From the NCBI GenBank assembly GCA_965237715.1, contig CBDEGM010000003.1, forward strand, positions 519,913-583,912: a DNA stretch of 64,000 nt. Reading direction: 5' to 3'. The notes below the pieces were generated by a model that did not search any database, had not been told where the DNA came from, and worked only from the letters and a program-made list of their open reading frames with translations. Shown in pieces: positions 9,579 to 18,885 of the stretch; within the stretch, counting starts at the first letter, position 1; every line of letters starts with the position of its first letter. This stretch comes from Acidobacteriota bacterium (lineage in GTDB: Bacteria; Acidobacteriota; UBA6911; RPQK01; CBDEGM01). Made by a program: the position numbers and the translations under genes.

Positions 9579-10580
9579 ATGTTCATCGACCACGCCCGGA
9601 TCTATATCAAAGCGGGGGATGGCGGAAATGGTTGTTTAGCCTTTCGGCGAGAAAAGTTTGTGCCGAGAGGAGGCCCCAGCGGCGGCGACGGCGGTAAAGG
9701 GGGCGACATCTACTTCCGCAGTACCACCCAACTCAATACCCTCCTCCCTTTTAGATACCAACAGCACTTCAAAGCTGGATCAGGCCGCCACGGGTCAGGC
9801 AACAAGCGCCGTGGCAAAGATGGTAAATCGATGATCGTTGAAGTGCCTGTCGGCACTCAGATCTGCGAGCAGGCCAGCGGTGAAATGCTTTGTGATCTTG
9901 ATCGCCCCAACCGTCTGGAGTTGGCTGCCGAAGGAGGAAGAGGCGGGCGGGGAAACGCTCACTTTGCCACTTCGAAGAACCAGGCACCCAGGCATTTCGA
10001 GGAGGGAAAACCCGGACAGGAGCGGACCCTGGTCCTGGAACTGAAAATCCTGGCCGATGTGGGGCTGATCGGTTACCCCAATGCGGGTAAGTCCACTCTT
10101 GTCTCAGCGATTTCCTCCGCCCGGCCAAAAATTGCAGATTACCCTTTCACCACTCTCACCCCCACACTCGGGGTCGTCTCCTATGGAGACTATGGGAACT
10201 TTGTGGTGGCCGACATTCCAGGCCTGATCGAAGGAGCCCATAGCGGAACTGGCCTGGGAGACCAATTCCTGCGACACGTGGAGCGGACTCGACTACTGGT
10301 CCACCTGATCGATGTCACAGAAGGAGGTGAGGAGAGTCCTGTGGGCGCTCTTAAGGCGATCAATCGAGAACTAGAGCTTTACAATCCGTCACTACTGGAG
10401 AAACAGCAGATCATCACCGCCTCCAAAGTGGACTCAGTGAATCTCAAAAAACTCAACGGTTTGCGTCGCTACTGCCGGCAGCACCGGTTAGTTTTCTGTC
10501 AAATTTCGGCCGTGACGGGAAAAGGAATCAGGGAACTGAAGGAGAGAATCGCTCAACAACTCGGAGTTACAGGGAATTGA
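9579..10580 (+). CDS. obg: GTPase Obg/CgtA
   Basis: MFIDHARIYIKAGDGGNGCLAFRREKFVPRGGPSGGDGGKGGDIYF Obg fold, followed by GYPNAGKST and DIPGLIEGA GTPase motifs. Confidence 0.9.
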   Translation: MFIDHARIYIKAGDGGNGCLAFRREKFVPRGGPSGGDGGKGGDIYFRSTTQLNTLLPFRYQQHFKAGSGRHGSGNKRRGKDGKSMIVEVPVGTQICEQASGEMLCDLDRPNRLELAAEGGRGGRGNAHFATSKNQAPRHFEEGKPGQERTLVLELKILADVGLIGYPNAGKSTLVSAISSARPKIADYPFTTLTPTLGVVSYGDYGNFVVADIPGLIEGAHSGTGLGDQFLRHVERTRLLVHLIDVTEGGEESPVGALKAINRELELYNPSLLEKQQIITASKVDSVNLKKLNGLRRYCRQHRLVFCQISAVTGKGIRELKERIAQQLGVTGN

Positions 10581-11236
10581 GGATTGGCATTCTGGGAGGA
10601 ACTTTTGATCCCATTCACCAGGGACATACCTACCTTGCCAAGGAAGTGCTGAAAATCTTCAAGCTCGATCGTGTCCTCTTTATGATATCCCGTCTCCCTC
10701 CTCATAAGCCTGGAGGGGAAATCAGCAGCCCCTTTCACCGCTATGCGATGGTGGTTCTGGCGCTGCTTGGCCAGAAGCGGCTCTACACGTCACAGTGGGA
10801 GCTGCTGCGAGGGCGCTTCTCCTATACCGTGGACACGCTTCGACACTTCGCCCGGACACAACCCCAGCATCTCTACTGCTTCATCGCAGGCAGTGATTCC
10901 CTTAAGGAGATCCACCTATGGAAAGATTATGATAGGCTTCTAAGAAAGTACACGTTGATTTTTGTGCAGCGGCCCGGTGCTAGGATCAAGCTTCAGGAGC
11001 TAACGATCCCCGGGCCTCTGAAGGGAGCGATCAAGATCGTTCAAGATGGAGAAAGGCCTGCCATCCAGGCCGGGCAATCCTTCCTGGTCTCTCTTGACCC
11101 TCCCCCCATCAGCTCAACCTCAATTCGAGAGATGATTGTCGCAGGAAAGGAACCCAGCCAGCGGTGGGTCTCTCCGTCGGTTCTCCGTTACCTCCAGAAA
11201 CACAGACTGTATGAACGAAACAAGAAGCGTTGTTAA
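10577..11236 (+). CDS. nadD: nicotinate-nucleotide adenylyltransferase
   Basis: (TTG)RIGILGGTFDPIHQGHTYLA is the HxGH nucleotidyltransferase motif. Conserved obg-nadD-rsfS order. Confidence 0.8.
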   Translation: MRIGILGGTFDPIHQGHTYLAKEVLKIFKLDRVLFMISRLPPHKPGGEISSPFHRYAMVVLALLGQKRLYTSQWELLRGRFSYTVDTLRHFARTQPQHLYCFIAGSDSLKEIHLWKDYDRLLRKYTLIFVQRPGARIKLQELTIPGPLKGAIKIVQDGERPAIQAGQSFLVSLDPPPISSTSIREMIVAGKEPSQRWVSPSVLRYLQKHRLYERNKKRC

Positions 11237-11570
11237 AAAGGTTTACCGGGCAATTGACAACAAGAAGGGGGAAGAGGTTGTGATCCTGGATATCTCGAAA
11301 ATCTCCTCCTTCACCGACTATTTTGTAATCTGCCAGGGTCGCAATCAGAAGCAGAACCAGGCTATTTGCGGTGGAATTCAGGAGAAGCTGAAGAAGGAAG
11401 AGCAGCTCCCTGCCGGCCATATCGAAGGGTACCAGGAGGCAGAGTGGATCCTCATGGATTACCTCGGCTTCGTGGTTCATATCTTCTCCCCAGAGGCTCG
11501 CCAATTCTATCAGTTGGAAAAGCTGTGGAGCGACGGAGAGATGGTGAAGTTTCGAGCCCTCAGTGCCTAA
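11211..11570 (+). CDS. rsfS: ribosome silencing factor RsfS (Iojap)
   Basis: VILDISKISSFTDYFVICQGRNQKQNQAI...DYLGFVVHIF is the RsfS/Iojap family. Overlaps the nadD 3' end by 26 nt. Confidence 0.85.
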   Translation: MNETRSVVKKVYRAIDNKKGEEVVILDISKISSFTDYFVICQGRNQKQNQAICGGIQEKLKKEEQLPAGHIEGYQEAEWILMDYLGFVVHIFSPEARQFYQLEKLWSDGEMVKFRALSA

Positions 11571-11725
11571 AGAGACTCTAGTCTCTCGTTAGTTGTCATT
11601 CGTAGTCACTGGTCAGCTGGTCATTCGTCATTGACTAGATGTTCCAGGGCAGTAGCAGTGGCAGCCGGTCAGCTTTTCCCACTTGTCCCGGCGAGAAGAA
11701 TTTAGTATAAGGTCTCCTTTTGCGA

Positions 11726-12196
11726 ATGCGCTTGAGGTTTCTATGGGTCGGGAAGACAAGGGATCCCCATTGGGTTGGACTTGAGGAAAGATACCTGGAG
11801 AGGCTTCGCCGGTTCTTTCCGACCGAAAGAACCACAGTGCGGGACTTGAAGAAAACCGACCCTCGCCAGTACAAGGCACGTATACGAAAGGAAGCAGAGT
11901 CGATTGAAGAGAAATTCTTGAGGGCGGGTTATCGGGTGGTTCTTGACCAGGAAGGGAAACAGTACAACAGCCAGCAATTGGCCTCCCTTTTGGAGAAGTC
12001 GATGAATCAAGGAATTTCGGAACTGGCCTTCCTGGCAGGAGGCTGCCATGGCATTCCGGATCAGATAAAAGATTTGGGGCATCTGAGACTTTCGTTGAGT
12101 AAACTCACGATGCCTCATGAACTGGCTCGAATTCTGCTCTTGGAGCAAGTGTACCGTGCCTTGACCATCCTGAGAGGTTGGCCATACCACAAATGA
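11726..12196 (+). CDS. rlmH: 23S rRNA (pseudouridine1915-N3)-methyltransferase RlmH
   Basis: SPOUT-type RlmH: MRLRFLWVGK...ELAFLAGGCHGIPD... Confidence 0.85.
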   Translation: MRLRFLWVGKTRDPHWVGLEERYLERLRRFFPTERTTVRDLKKTDPRQYKARIRKEAESIEEKFLRAGYRVVLDQEGKQYNSQQLASLLEKSMNQGISELAFLAGGCHGIPDQIKDLGHLRLSLSKLTMPHELARILLLEQVYRALTILRGWPYHK

Positions 12197-12209
12197 CGGA
12201 GGTGGTACG

Positions 12210-12575
12210 ATGCGAGCCAAGGAATTGAAGAGTTTTCAGAAGAAGCTGCTGGAGAAACGAGAGGAATTGATCGTTGCGGTTCAGAAGACCGAGACCTATG
12301 GTCGTGAAGCTGACGCCGAGGGTGAGGCCATGGACATTGCCGATAAAGCCTCAAGCTCGTACACCAAAGAATTTATGTTCAGCAAAAGCAACACGGACCG
12401 ACAGCTGCTGCAGAGAGTGACCGAGGCCTTGGAGCGGATCGAAGCTAAGTCCTTTGGTGAATGCGTCAATTGTGAGGAGCAAGTGGAACGGAAACGGTTG
12501 TCAGCGGTGCCGTGGGCCCATTTGTGCCTCAAGTGCCAGGAACTCGAAGAAGAGGGGAAGCTGCCTGAGAACTGA
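12210..12575 (+). CDS. DksA/TraR-family C4 zinc-finger transcription factor
   Basis: Coiled-coil N-terminus followed by CVNCEEQVERKRL....CLKC, the four-cysteine DksA/TraR finger. Confidence 0.75.
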   Translation: MRAKELKSFQKKLLEKREELIVAVQKTETYGREADAEGEAMDIADKASSSYTKEFMFSKSNTDRQLLQRVTEALERIEAKSFGECVNCEEQVERKRLSAVPWAHLCLKCQELEEEGKLPEN

Positions 12576-12620
12576 CGGCGGTGGATTCGCAGATTCTTCC
12601 ACTCCCGCGTTATCTATTAT

Positions 12621-13369
12621 GTGACCTTCCGAGAGACACTGTGCAAATGTTGCCAGGCTCTTTTTTTCCCTCAAGAGTGTGTCACCTGCAAAGAGTACGT
12701 GCTTAACGCCGATTTCAGCCCCTTGTGCCAGGCTTGTTTCCAGTCTCTAGAGAACCTTTCCTCTCCCATCTGCTACTACTGTGGCGTTCCCTGCCCGGAA
12801 ACCTGCTGGAAGAGCTGGCCATCTGTAGCCAGTGCCGCTCCGGCGCCCGGATTTTCGATTTCGCACGCGCCTATGGACCGTATGGAGGAAAGCTTCGCAA
12901 GGTTATCCGCAAACTGAAATTCGAGGGTTTTCAGCGCCTGGTGCACCCACTGGCCACCCTGCTGGAGCAGTGTTACCAGAACAGTGGACTGGATCTGCAG
13001 CCCCACTGGATCCTCCCTGTTCCCTTGCATCAGAAGAGAAGGAGGCTGAGAGGTTTCGACCAGACTCTGCTGCTTGGACGGCTCCTTTCTCGGCGGCTTG
13101 GAGTGCCCCTGTTCCAAGGACTTCGGCGGGTGAAAAATACGCCTGCCCTCTTCGGTCTCGATGCTGGTGAGCGCGGCCGTACCATTTCTGGTGCCTTTTC
13201 ACTGAGGGATGCCCAATTGCTTTACCAACGCAGTATACTTCTCGTCGATGATGTAATGACCACAGGGACGACCGTTACAGAGATTTCCCGATTGCTTCGA
13301 CAGCAGTCGAACATCGACACGATTACGGTGCTCACCGTAGCCCGCGTCCATCTGCTCTCTTCTCTTTAA
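12621..13369 (+). pseudogene. comF: ComF/GntX-family phosphoribosyltransferase, apparent +1/-1 frameshift near 12795-12805
   Basis: The zinc-finger N-terminus (CQACF...ICYYCGVPCPE) lies in frame 0. The remainder (NLLEELAICSQCRSG...YGGKLRKVIRKLKFEG...LLVDDVMTTGTT PRTase motif) lies in frame 2. Confidence 0.65.
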
Positions 13370-13464
13370 GCGCGTCCCTGTCAGGGCCGCCATTGAAGGA
13401 GACGCAGACAGAATAGATGATTTCAGCGACAGGAGAGAATCTCTTGAACTATCGAGGCCTATTG

Positions 13465-13956
13465 ATGAGCTTCTTCTGGCTGATCCTGGTCGGGGAAATG
13501 ATGGGTTTATCCTGCACTCAGCGGAAGAGCAAGATGGACCATGGTGATATGGTATCCATTCTCGAGGTGAATCCCGCCTCACTCCCCGCTGGACCTGATC
13601 ACTTCCTAAAGGCAATCTTCACGGTTCGGAGTATTGGCTCCAAGCCGATTCCACTTGTTTTCAACAACGGTCAACTCTACGACTTCACTGTTGAGGACGA
13701 AGGCGGTCGCCTTTACTGGAAATGGTCGATAGGCAAATTCTTTACCATGATGATCGTCAGACGAGAATTGCGCAAAGAACCGTGGATTTATCGAGAAAAC
13801 ATCTCCACAATCGATGAACAAGGCCAGCCACTGCCGCCCGGAAACTACATTCTGCGTGCCAGGCTCAGCGCAGACAGGACGGCAGAGAACAGCCTCTCCT
13901 TTCGAATCGAGCCGGCTCCTGAAGAAATAAATCCTGAAGTAAATCCTAAATCCTAA
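13465..13956 (+). CDS. BsuPI-like intracellular proteinase-inhibitor domain protein, probably secreted/lipoprotein
   Basis: Signal-like MSFFWLILVGEMMGLSC. Then LVFNNGQLYDFTVEDEGGRLYWKWSIGKFFTMM...PLPPGNYIL matches the BsuPI beta-sandwich pattern. The 3' end runs into a heptamer repeat array. Confidence 0.5.
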   Translation: MSFFWLILVGEMMGLSCTQRKSKMDHGDMVSILEVNPASLPAGPDHFLKAIFTVRSIGSKPIPLVFNNGQLYDFTVEDEGGRLYWKWSIGKFFTMMIVRRELRKEPWIYRENISTIDEQGQPLPPGNYILRARLSADRTAENSLSFRIEPAPEEINPEVNPKS

Positions 13957-14008
13957 ATCCTAAATTCCAAGCACCAAGCTCCAAATAAATTCTCAATTCT
14001 AAATCCTA

Positions 14009-14095
14009 GCCTGCATTTCTCATCACCTCTCTACTGCATCGGCGTCGCCTTCACCTGAGCGAAGTGAAGAAATGATCCGTCCTGACTGCGTTGCG
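14009..14095. repeat. intergenic repeat family A copy 1 (GCCTGCATTTCTCATCAC...CTTCACCTGAGCGAAGTGAAG...CCTGACTGCGTTGCG)
   Basis: About 87 nt, roughly 90% identical to 28399..28485. Contains the internal hairpin CTTCAC-n9-GTGAAG. Confidence 0.7.
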
Positions 14096-14180
14096 TTTCT
14101 TCGGCCTCCTCGACGTACTGCACGAGTACGCCTGCGGGGGCCTCGGTCGCGCGCCTTGTCAGGCCGGCCCTTCCGCCGCT

Positions 14181-14210
14181 TGACACGAGTGTCTTGACAC
14201 AAGTGTCTCG
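14181..14210. repeat. tandem GACACGAGTGTC palindromic units
   Basis: GACAC-GA-GTGTC hairpin unit repeated twice. The same unit pair occurs at 18176..18205 and 35121..35161. Confidence 0.65.
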
Positions 14211-14312
14211 TGACGAGCCGTGATGAGAAATGCAGGTCAGAAGGTTTGGGATTTGGAATTTGGGATTTGGGATTAGAATTTAGAACTTACTCTGAGGATT
14301 TAGAATTTGTCA

Positions 14313-15075
14313 CTACTGCTTGTCAGAGTCTGACGTAATGGCCAGTTCGACGCAAGGCAGCGGCGCAGGCAGCTCTGGCAGGCGGCCCGAGAAGAAGTCC
14401 TTCATACGACCTCGCCAGTGTCCCAGAAGATTCCTTCTCTTGTAGCAATGGTCTCGAATTGAGTGGTAAAGCAGCGCCATGTAAATCATGAAGTTCTGGG
14501 CCGTGTCCGCTTCGTCGAACTCAGCGAACGGGTACTGTAGCTCAATCCAGGTCTCGGGATCACCGATCGAGAAGTAACGATCCAGCAGTTCTTCCAGGTC
14601 AGCGGCGTGATCCAACACCGATAAAGGGGTTCCTGTCAACACCATTGGCTTGGCACGCCGAAACAGATCAGCCAACACCCTGCGGTGCTGGCGCCACAAC
14701 CTGTTGAATGCCCGCCGCTCAGATCCTCCCCACACCTGGAATCCTACTGAGAAGAGGCAACTCTTATACGGCAGGATCGAAAACTTCAGGTGGACTCCGG
14801 CTGCATCGGTTCCGTCCTTCATAGGGATCCGGAGCCTTACGCTTTCGAAAATAGGCGGCTTCGGGAAAGAATTCCATGGTCGCAGCCGAATTGATTGAGT
14901 AACGGAATTGGTTGTGGTCACGAAAGTCCGCGTCAAAGATCTCGGCAGCTTGAATCGCCACTCTTTCAAAGAGATCCCATATGACATCATAGAGTTCCTC
15001 TTCAGGGTTGTTGATACACTGATAGGATTTCTCCTGAGTTGCATTCCTGAACATTTCGTAGTAACGGTTGTCCAC
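14313..15075 (-). pseudogene. hypothetical protein with apparent frameshift near 14760-14780
   Basis: Protein-like N-terminal part is in the 14764..15075 frame (MDNRYYEMFRNATQEKSYQCINNPEEELYDVIWDLFERV...). Protein-like C-terminal part is in the 14313..~14760 frame (...ERRAFNRLWRQHRRVLADLF...DRYFSIGDPETWIELQYPF...). The first ~85 aa of the 254-aa ORF are low-complexity. Confidence 0.35.
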
Positions 15076-15236
15076 AACTGGCTGCTTCTTGCTTTCTGCT
15101 CTTAAAGCGAATCGGGAAGCTTTGCCGCCCTCTCCCCAATAGAAGGTTACAATGTACTACAAGAGGGCAGACAAAATGTACAGAAATCTGTCCAGAAAGA
15201 GGCTCCGTAAGTCTCCCTCTTCGATTTGAAATTCCC

Positions 15237-16160
15237 ATGAAACAGATTATCGAGTGCGTCATGAATGTCAGCGAGGGAAAGGATTCTGCCAAACTCCAGG
15301 CCATCGCCGCAGAGATCGAGGGAGCGGCCGAGAGTTATTTGTTGAGCTGTGCCCCAGATGGCGATCACCACCGAGCCGTCTACTCCTTCATAGGAACTCC
15401 TGTCTCAATCCTGGCTGCTACCTTTGCAGCCATTCACAAAGCCGTAGATCTGATCGATCTAGGCAACCATCGGGGTGTTCATCCCCGTATCGGAGCCGTA
15501 GATGTGGTTCCTTTCGTTCCCTTGAAGGGAGTCTCGATGCAAAAGTGCGTAGAGCTAGCCCGCCGGCTAGGGAAAAAGGTGGCCCACAAACTACAAATCC
15601 CCGTCTATCTCTACGAGCGGGCTGCCCTGCGCCCAGAGCGCCGAAGCCTTTCCCAAATCCGGAAGGGTGGATTCGAGTTGCTCTTGCACCAGGTGGTGGA
15701 TCCCTCGCGTAGGCCCGATTTTGGTCCTCTGCGACTGCATCCTTCAGCCGGAGCCACGGTCATCGGAGCCCGGGACCCCCTCATTGCCTTCAACATTTAC
15801 CTGAATGCCTCTGAGGCCGGGGTGGCAAAGAAGATTGCCGCTCGGATTCGCGAAACGAGCAGGGGGCTTCCCGGGGTCAGGGCACTCGGCTTTCTCCTGC
15901 CCAGCCGAAACCAGGCCCAGGTTTCCACCAACGTGACCAACTACCGGCAGACACCTTTGCTTGCTGTGTACGAAAAGGTGTGCGAGGAAGCCTCTCGACT
16001 AGGCTACCAGGTGGTTTCCAGCGAGGTGATCGGCTTGGTTCCCCGGGAGGCTCTCCCCAATTCCGTCCTCAGGCACCTGCGGCTGGAGAACTTTCACCCC
16101 GGTCTGGTTCTGGAAAGCAGGATTTCAGAAGTGCTGGGAGTTGAAAATCATAAATCATAA
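15237..16160 (+). CDS. glutamate formimidoyltransferase (FtcD transferase domain)
   Basis: MKQIIECVMNVSEGKD matches the ECVPNFSEGR signature of formiminotransferase N-terminal domains. Full-length two-subdomain protein. Confidence 0.8.
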   Translation: MKQIIECVMNVSEGKDSAKLQAIAAEIEGAAESYLLSCAPDGDHHRAVYSFIGTPVSILAATFAAIHKAVDLIDLGNHRGVHPRIGAVDVVPFVPLKGVSMQKCVELARRLGKKVAHKLQIPVYLYERAALRPERRSLSQIRKGGFELLLHQVVDPSRRPDFGPLRLHPSAGATVIGARDPLIAFNIYLNASEAGVAKKIAARIRETSRGLPGVRALGFLLPSRNQAQVSTNVTNYRQTPLLAVYEKVCEEASRLGYQVVSSEVIGLVPREALPNSVLRHLRLENFHPGLVLESRISEVLGVENHKS

Positions 16161-16227
16161 ATCCTAAACAAATTATAAATCCTAAATCATCAGCACTACT
16201 CAGCCATTCCTTCGCCGCACGGTCTTT

Positions 16228-18051
16228 ATGCTAGAATTCGGTGCGAAGCAATCAGTGTTCCCAGGTCTGAATTTGAGAGGCGCGATTCGATTGAAATTCC
16301 AAACTCAACCATTCGACATTAAGCTCACTTTCCTCGCCATTTTTCTGACCTCCAATCTGGCAGTGAGCGCTGGAGTACGTCGCGAGATCGAGTCTGCTTA
16401 CGTCCAGAAATACGAGAATAAGGCAATCTTTCTCAGAGTCCCGGTCAGAGGGTTACAGCAAGTGGTCTTCGTGACCGCGGCAGGGCCAAGCCTGAATCGA
16501 GGCAACGTCACTGAATCACTCATGTTCAGAGTAGGGGACCAGGTACGAATTACAGAGGTGAAGTTTGGTGCAGACTACGTACGCTTCAAGATTGCCTCAA
16601 TCGACTTGCGGAGAGCAAGCGAAGTGGTCTTCCGATTCCCCTCACGTCTCCAGGAAAATTTCATCCAGAAAGACTCTCTCGATCGAGCTCTGGAGTACAG
16701 CTTTACGGAGGGTCTTCACTACGCTGAACTGGATTCTGCCAAGGAGCAATTTGTTCTGGATGAATTTGAAAAGATGCTGCAGCTTTTTGCCCGAGCGTCG
16801 GGTAGCTCAACCGATTTCGTGAGGAAGACGATCTCAGAGAAGAATCCGGACTATCTGGCCGTGAAAAAAGAGGCCACCGGGTTGAGACAAAAACTGGCGA
16901 ATGTAGAGGAAGAGTTGCAGCGGCAAGGGAAGGCTCGGGCTGGGTTGGAATCCCAGTTGTCGGGACTTAGAGAGAAGTTGACCCAGAGCGATTCTCGGCT
17001 GGATTCTGCGAAAATGGATTCCCGGCGGCTTTCCGAACAGAACGACTCCCTGAACAGACAGTTGAGGCAGCTTCAAGAGACGAACCGGGAGTATGAACAT
17101 CGTGTCGACGAACTGATCAGAACCCTGGACGTGAAGACCACCTCCAATGCCGATCTGGGCAAACGAGTAGAGGCTCTCAGTACCGCGATTCAATTGTTGC
17201 GGGAGGAGCGGGCGAGCCTTTCCCAAAAGCTGGATCAAGTAAGTGAGGAACTCGAAACGTTTCGCAAAAAGAACAGGCAACTTGAGGCAAAGCTGAGGCG
17301 GGCACGCCAGAAAAACACCAGACTGAGTAAGGACCTGCGGGCGCTCACTTCAAATCGGGAGAGCCTGGAAGCGCGCTACCTTGAAACCAAGAAGCGGAAA
17401 GAAGCTTTGGAAAATGCGGACGCGCTTGCCCAGGCTATGAGACTGGACAAGAGTATGGAAGAGAGAGCCGAAGGCACTTATCAGGTGGCCAATCTGTACC
17501 TGCTCAGTCAAAGGGTGGGAACCTTCGAGGTCCGGGTGCCCAAACATCCCGGAGAGGCCTGTCCCGTCCAGTTTTCGGCAGAATCGCCCGACACGGTTCA
17601 ATTCACCGAAGAAGAGCGCACACTCTACGAGGGTTTGGGAGAGAAACTGCAGATCGAGACAGCCTGGTCAACTACCTCTGACCGCTTGCACGCCGAGCTG
17701 GTGGAGAAGGAAGCACTACAGAGCCTGGCTCCCCGGGAAAAGGTTCAGTGGCCCTGGCGCCTGGAGGGCGAGCTCGCTCGGCCGGAGCGGGTCCTACTGC
17801 ACATCGATTTGATCAGCGCGGACGGGGAAAAGATTTCGCTGCCAGCCCAGGAATTTGTGGTAGAGCCGGGAGGAATGGTGGGTCAGCTGCGTCAGCATTG
17901 GTCTCTACCCTCGCTTCTTGCCGGAAGCCTATTGGGAATCTTCCTTTTTGGCCTTCTCTTCGGCTTCCGCCGTCGCTCCAGAAGTCAGTTTTCGCCGCCG
18001 TCGCCGAGCTCCTCCCGCAGCAGTGACTACGGAGCACCGAAAAGACTTTAA
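16228..18051 (+). CDS. hypothetical coiled-coil protein with N-terminal signal/TM and C-terminal membrane anchor
   Basis: A long heptad-rich central region of about 250 aa (LRQKLANVEEELQRQG...). N-terminal hydrophobic segment. C-terminal LLAGSLLGIFLFGLLFGF TM helix, then a basic tail. Confidence 0.5.
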   Translation: MLEFGAKQSVFPGLNLRGAIRLKFQTQPFDIKLTFLAIFLTSNLAVSAGVRREIESAYVQKYENKAIFLRVPVRGLQQVVFVTAAGPSLNRGNVTESLMFRVGDQVRITEVKFGADYVRFKIASIDLRRASEVVFRFPSRLQENFIQKDSLDRALEYSFTEGLHYAELDSAKEQFVLDEFEKMLQLFARASGSSTDFVRKTISEKNPDYLAVKKEATGLRQKLANVEEELQRQGKARAGLESQLSGLREKLTQSDSRLDSAKMDSRRLSEQNDSLNRQLRQLQETNREYEHRVDELIRTLDVKTTSNADLGKRVEALSTAIQLLREERASLSQKLDQVSEELETFRKKNRQLEAKLRRARQKNTRLSKDLRALTSNRESLEARYLETKKRKEALENADALAQAMRLDKSMEERAEGTYQVANLYLLSQRVGTFEVRVPKHPGEACPVQFSAESPDTVQFTEEERTLYEGLGEKLQIETAWSTTSDRLHAELVEKEALQSLAPREKVQWPWRLEGELARPERVLLHIDLISADGEKISLPAQEFVVEPGGMVGQLRQHWSLPSLLAGSLLGIFLFGLLFGFRRRSRSQFSPPSPSSSRSSDYGAPKRL

Positions 18052-18094
18052 CCCGGATTATGCATAAAGCGTCTACTGCATCGAGGAACCCACA

Positions 18095-18155
18095 GATCAC
18101 GCGGATCGTCACGGATGTTCGCAGATATTGATCCGTGTCAATCCGTTCTCATCTG
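18095..18155. repeat. intergenic repeat family B copy 2
   Basis: Matches 8597..8669 (gatcacgcggatcgtcacggatgttcgcagatattgatccgtgtcaatc). Confidence 0.6.
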
Positions 18156-18175
18156 TATTATCCGCGGGTTCCCCG

Positions 18176-18205
18176 CTCGACACGAGTGTCTCGACACGAG
18201 TGTCT
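18176..18205. repeat. tandem GACACGAGTGTC palindromic units
   Basis: ctcgacacgagtgtctcgacacgagtgtct. Confidence 0.65.
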
Positions 18206-18285
18206 TTGCTACGACATTTTTAGGTTAGGAATTGGGAATATAAGACCTACTTGACGTACACGGTAACGAGGTGTAGTTTGTTTGG

Positions 18286-18531
18286 GTGCGTTGGCAAAAA
18301 TGGTCCAGATGGATTGGAGCGAAGCCAGTATCAAGGATTGCAATTATTGCGCTGGTGCCAGGGATTGTCGGTGCGATTGGCGGAGGAATCTGGGAGTACA
18401 TCATGACTAGGGGACTATCAGGCTGGGTTCCGCTCTATGCAGGTCTGATTTCTGGGTTGATTTCGGGAATCGGAACCCTATTGTTTTCGTGGTATCTGGC
18501 GACGGCTCACCCTTTGGACCTGAACCACTGA
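18286..18531 (+). CDS. small hypothetical membrane protein (two predicted TM helices), IS passenger
   Basis: GTG-start ORF. RIAIIALVPGIVGAIGGGIW and LYAGLISGLISGIGTLLFSWYL hydrophobic helices. Low-GC cargo region. Confidence 0.3.
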   Translation: MRWQKWSRWIGAKPVSRIAIIALVPGIVGAIGGGIWEYIMTRGLSGWVPLYAGLISGLISGIGTLLFSWYLATAHPLDLNH

Positions 18532-18558
18532 GAATTCTCACCTCGTAAGCCATCTGAG

Positions 18559-18885
18559 TTGGTGGCAGAAATTAACGGCCTTACCGGCATAGCCAGGCAA
18601 TCCGTCATAGACCGACACGCCAACAAATGGTTGCGTGTAGCTGGAACTGTGTACGATGTTTTCGACAAAAACCAGCTAGTAATTTTGTGTTTGGATGGTA
18701 GCGATATTGGACCTAACTACTGGTTAGAATTCGACGCTTCCGACTGGCGAGACTCGCTAAAAACACTTAATGTCGGCGACCAAATCAGGGCGACCGGGAA
18801 AATAAAATCGTTCAACTCTCTGTATATTGTCCTTGCTCAGTGCGAGAAGGAGCAGGGGTTACACAATCTGAGCGCAATACAATGA
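18559..18885 (+). CDS. hypothetical protein, IS passenger
   Basis: 108-aa ORF with protein-like composition, immediately upstream of and overlapping the MTase start. No recognisable motif. Confidence 0.35.
   Translation: MVAEINGLTGIARQSVIDRHANKWLRVAGTVYDVFDKNQLVILCLDGSDIGPNYWLEFDASDWRDSLKTLNVGDQIRATGKIKSFNSLYIVLAQCEKEQGLHNLSAIQ

Larger units (their letters stand above)
13937..14312. repeat. composite inverted-repeat intergenic element: (AAATCCT)n arrays + family-A module + GACACGAGTGTC palindromes
   Basis: Left arm is taaatcctaaatcctaaatt...ctaaatcctagcctgcatttctcatcac. Right arm is its imperfect reverse complement gtgatgagaaatgcaggtc...gggatttgggatt...aggatttag. The arms flank a core of about 190 bp. 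Confidence 0.7.

Noticed and set aside
11571-11600. Palindrome AGAGACT-CT-AGTCTCT right after the rsfS stop as an intrinsic terminator
   Set aside because: Stem is short and not followed by a U-tract. rlmH follows closely and is probably co-transcribed.
13937-14312. Possible CRISPR array suggested by regularly repeated short units
   Set aside because: Units are 7-nt tandem arrays and palindromic modules without unique spacers of regular length. No cas genes in the window.
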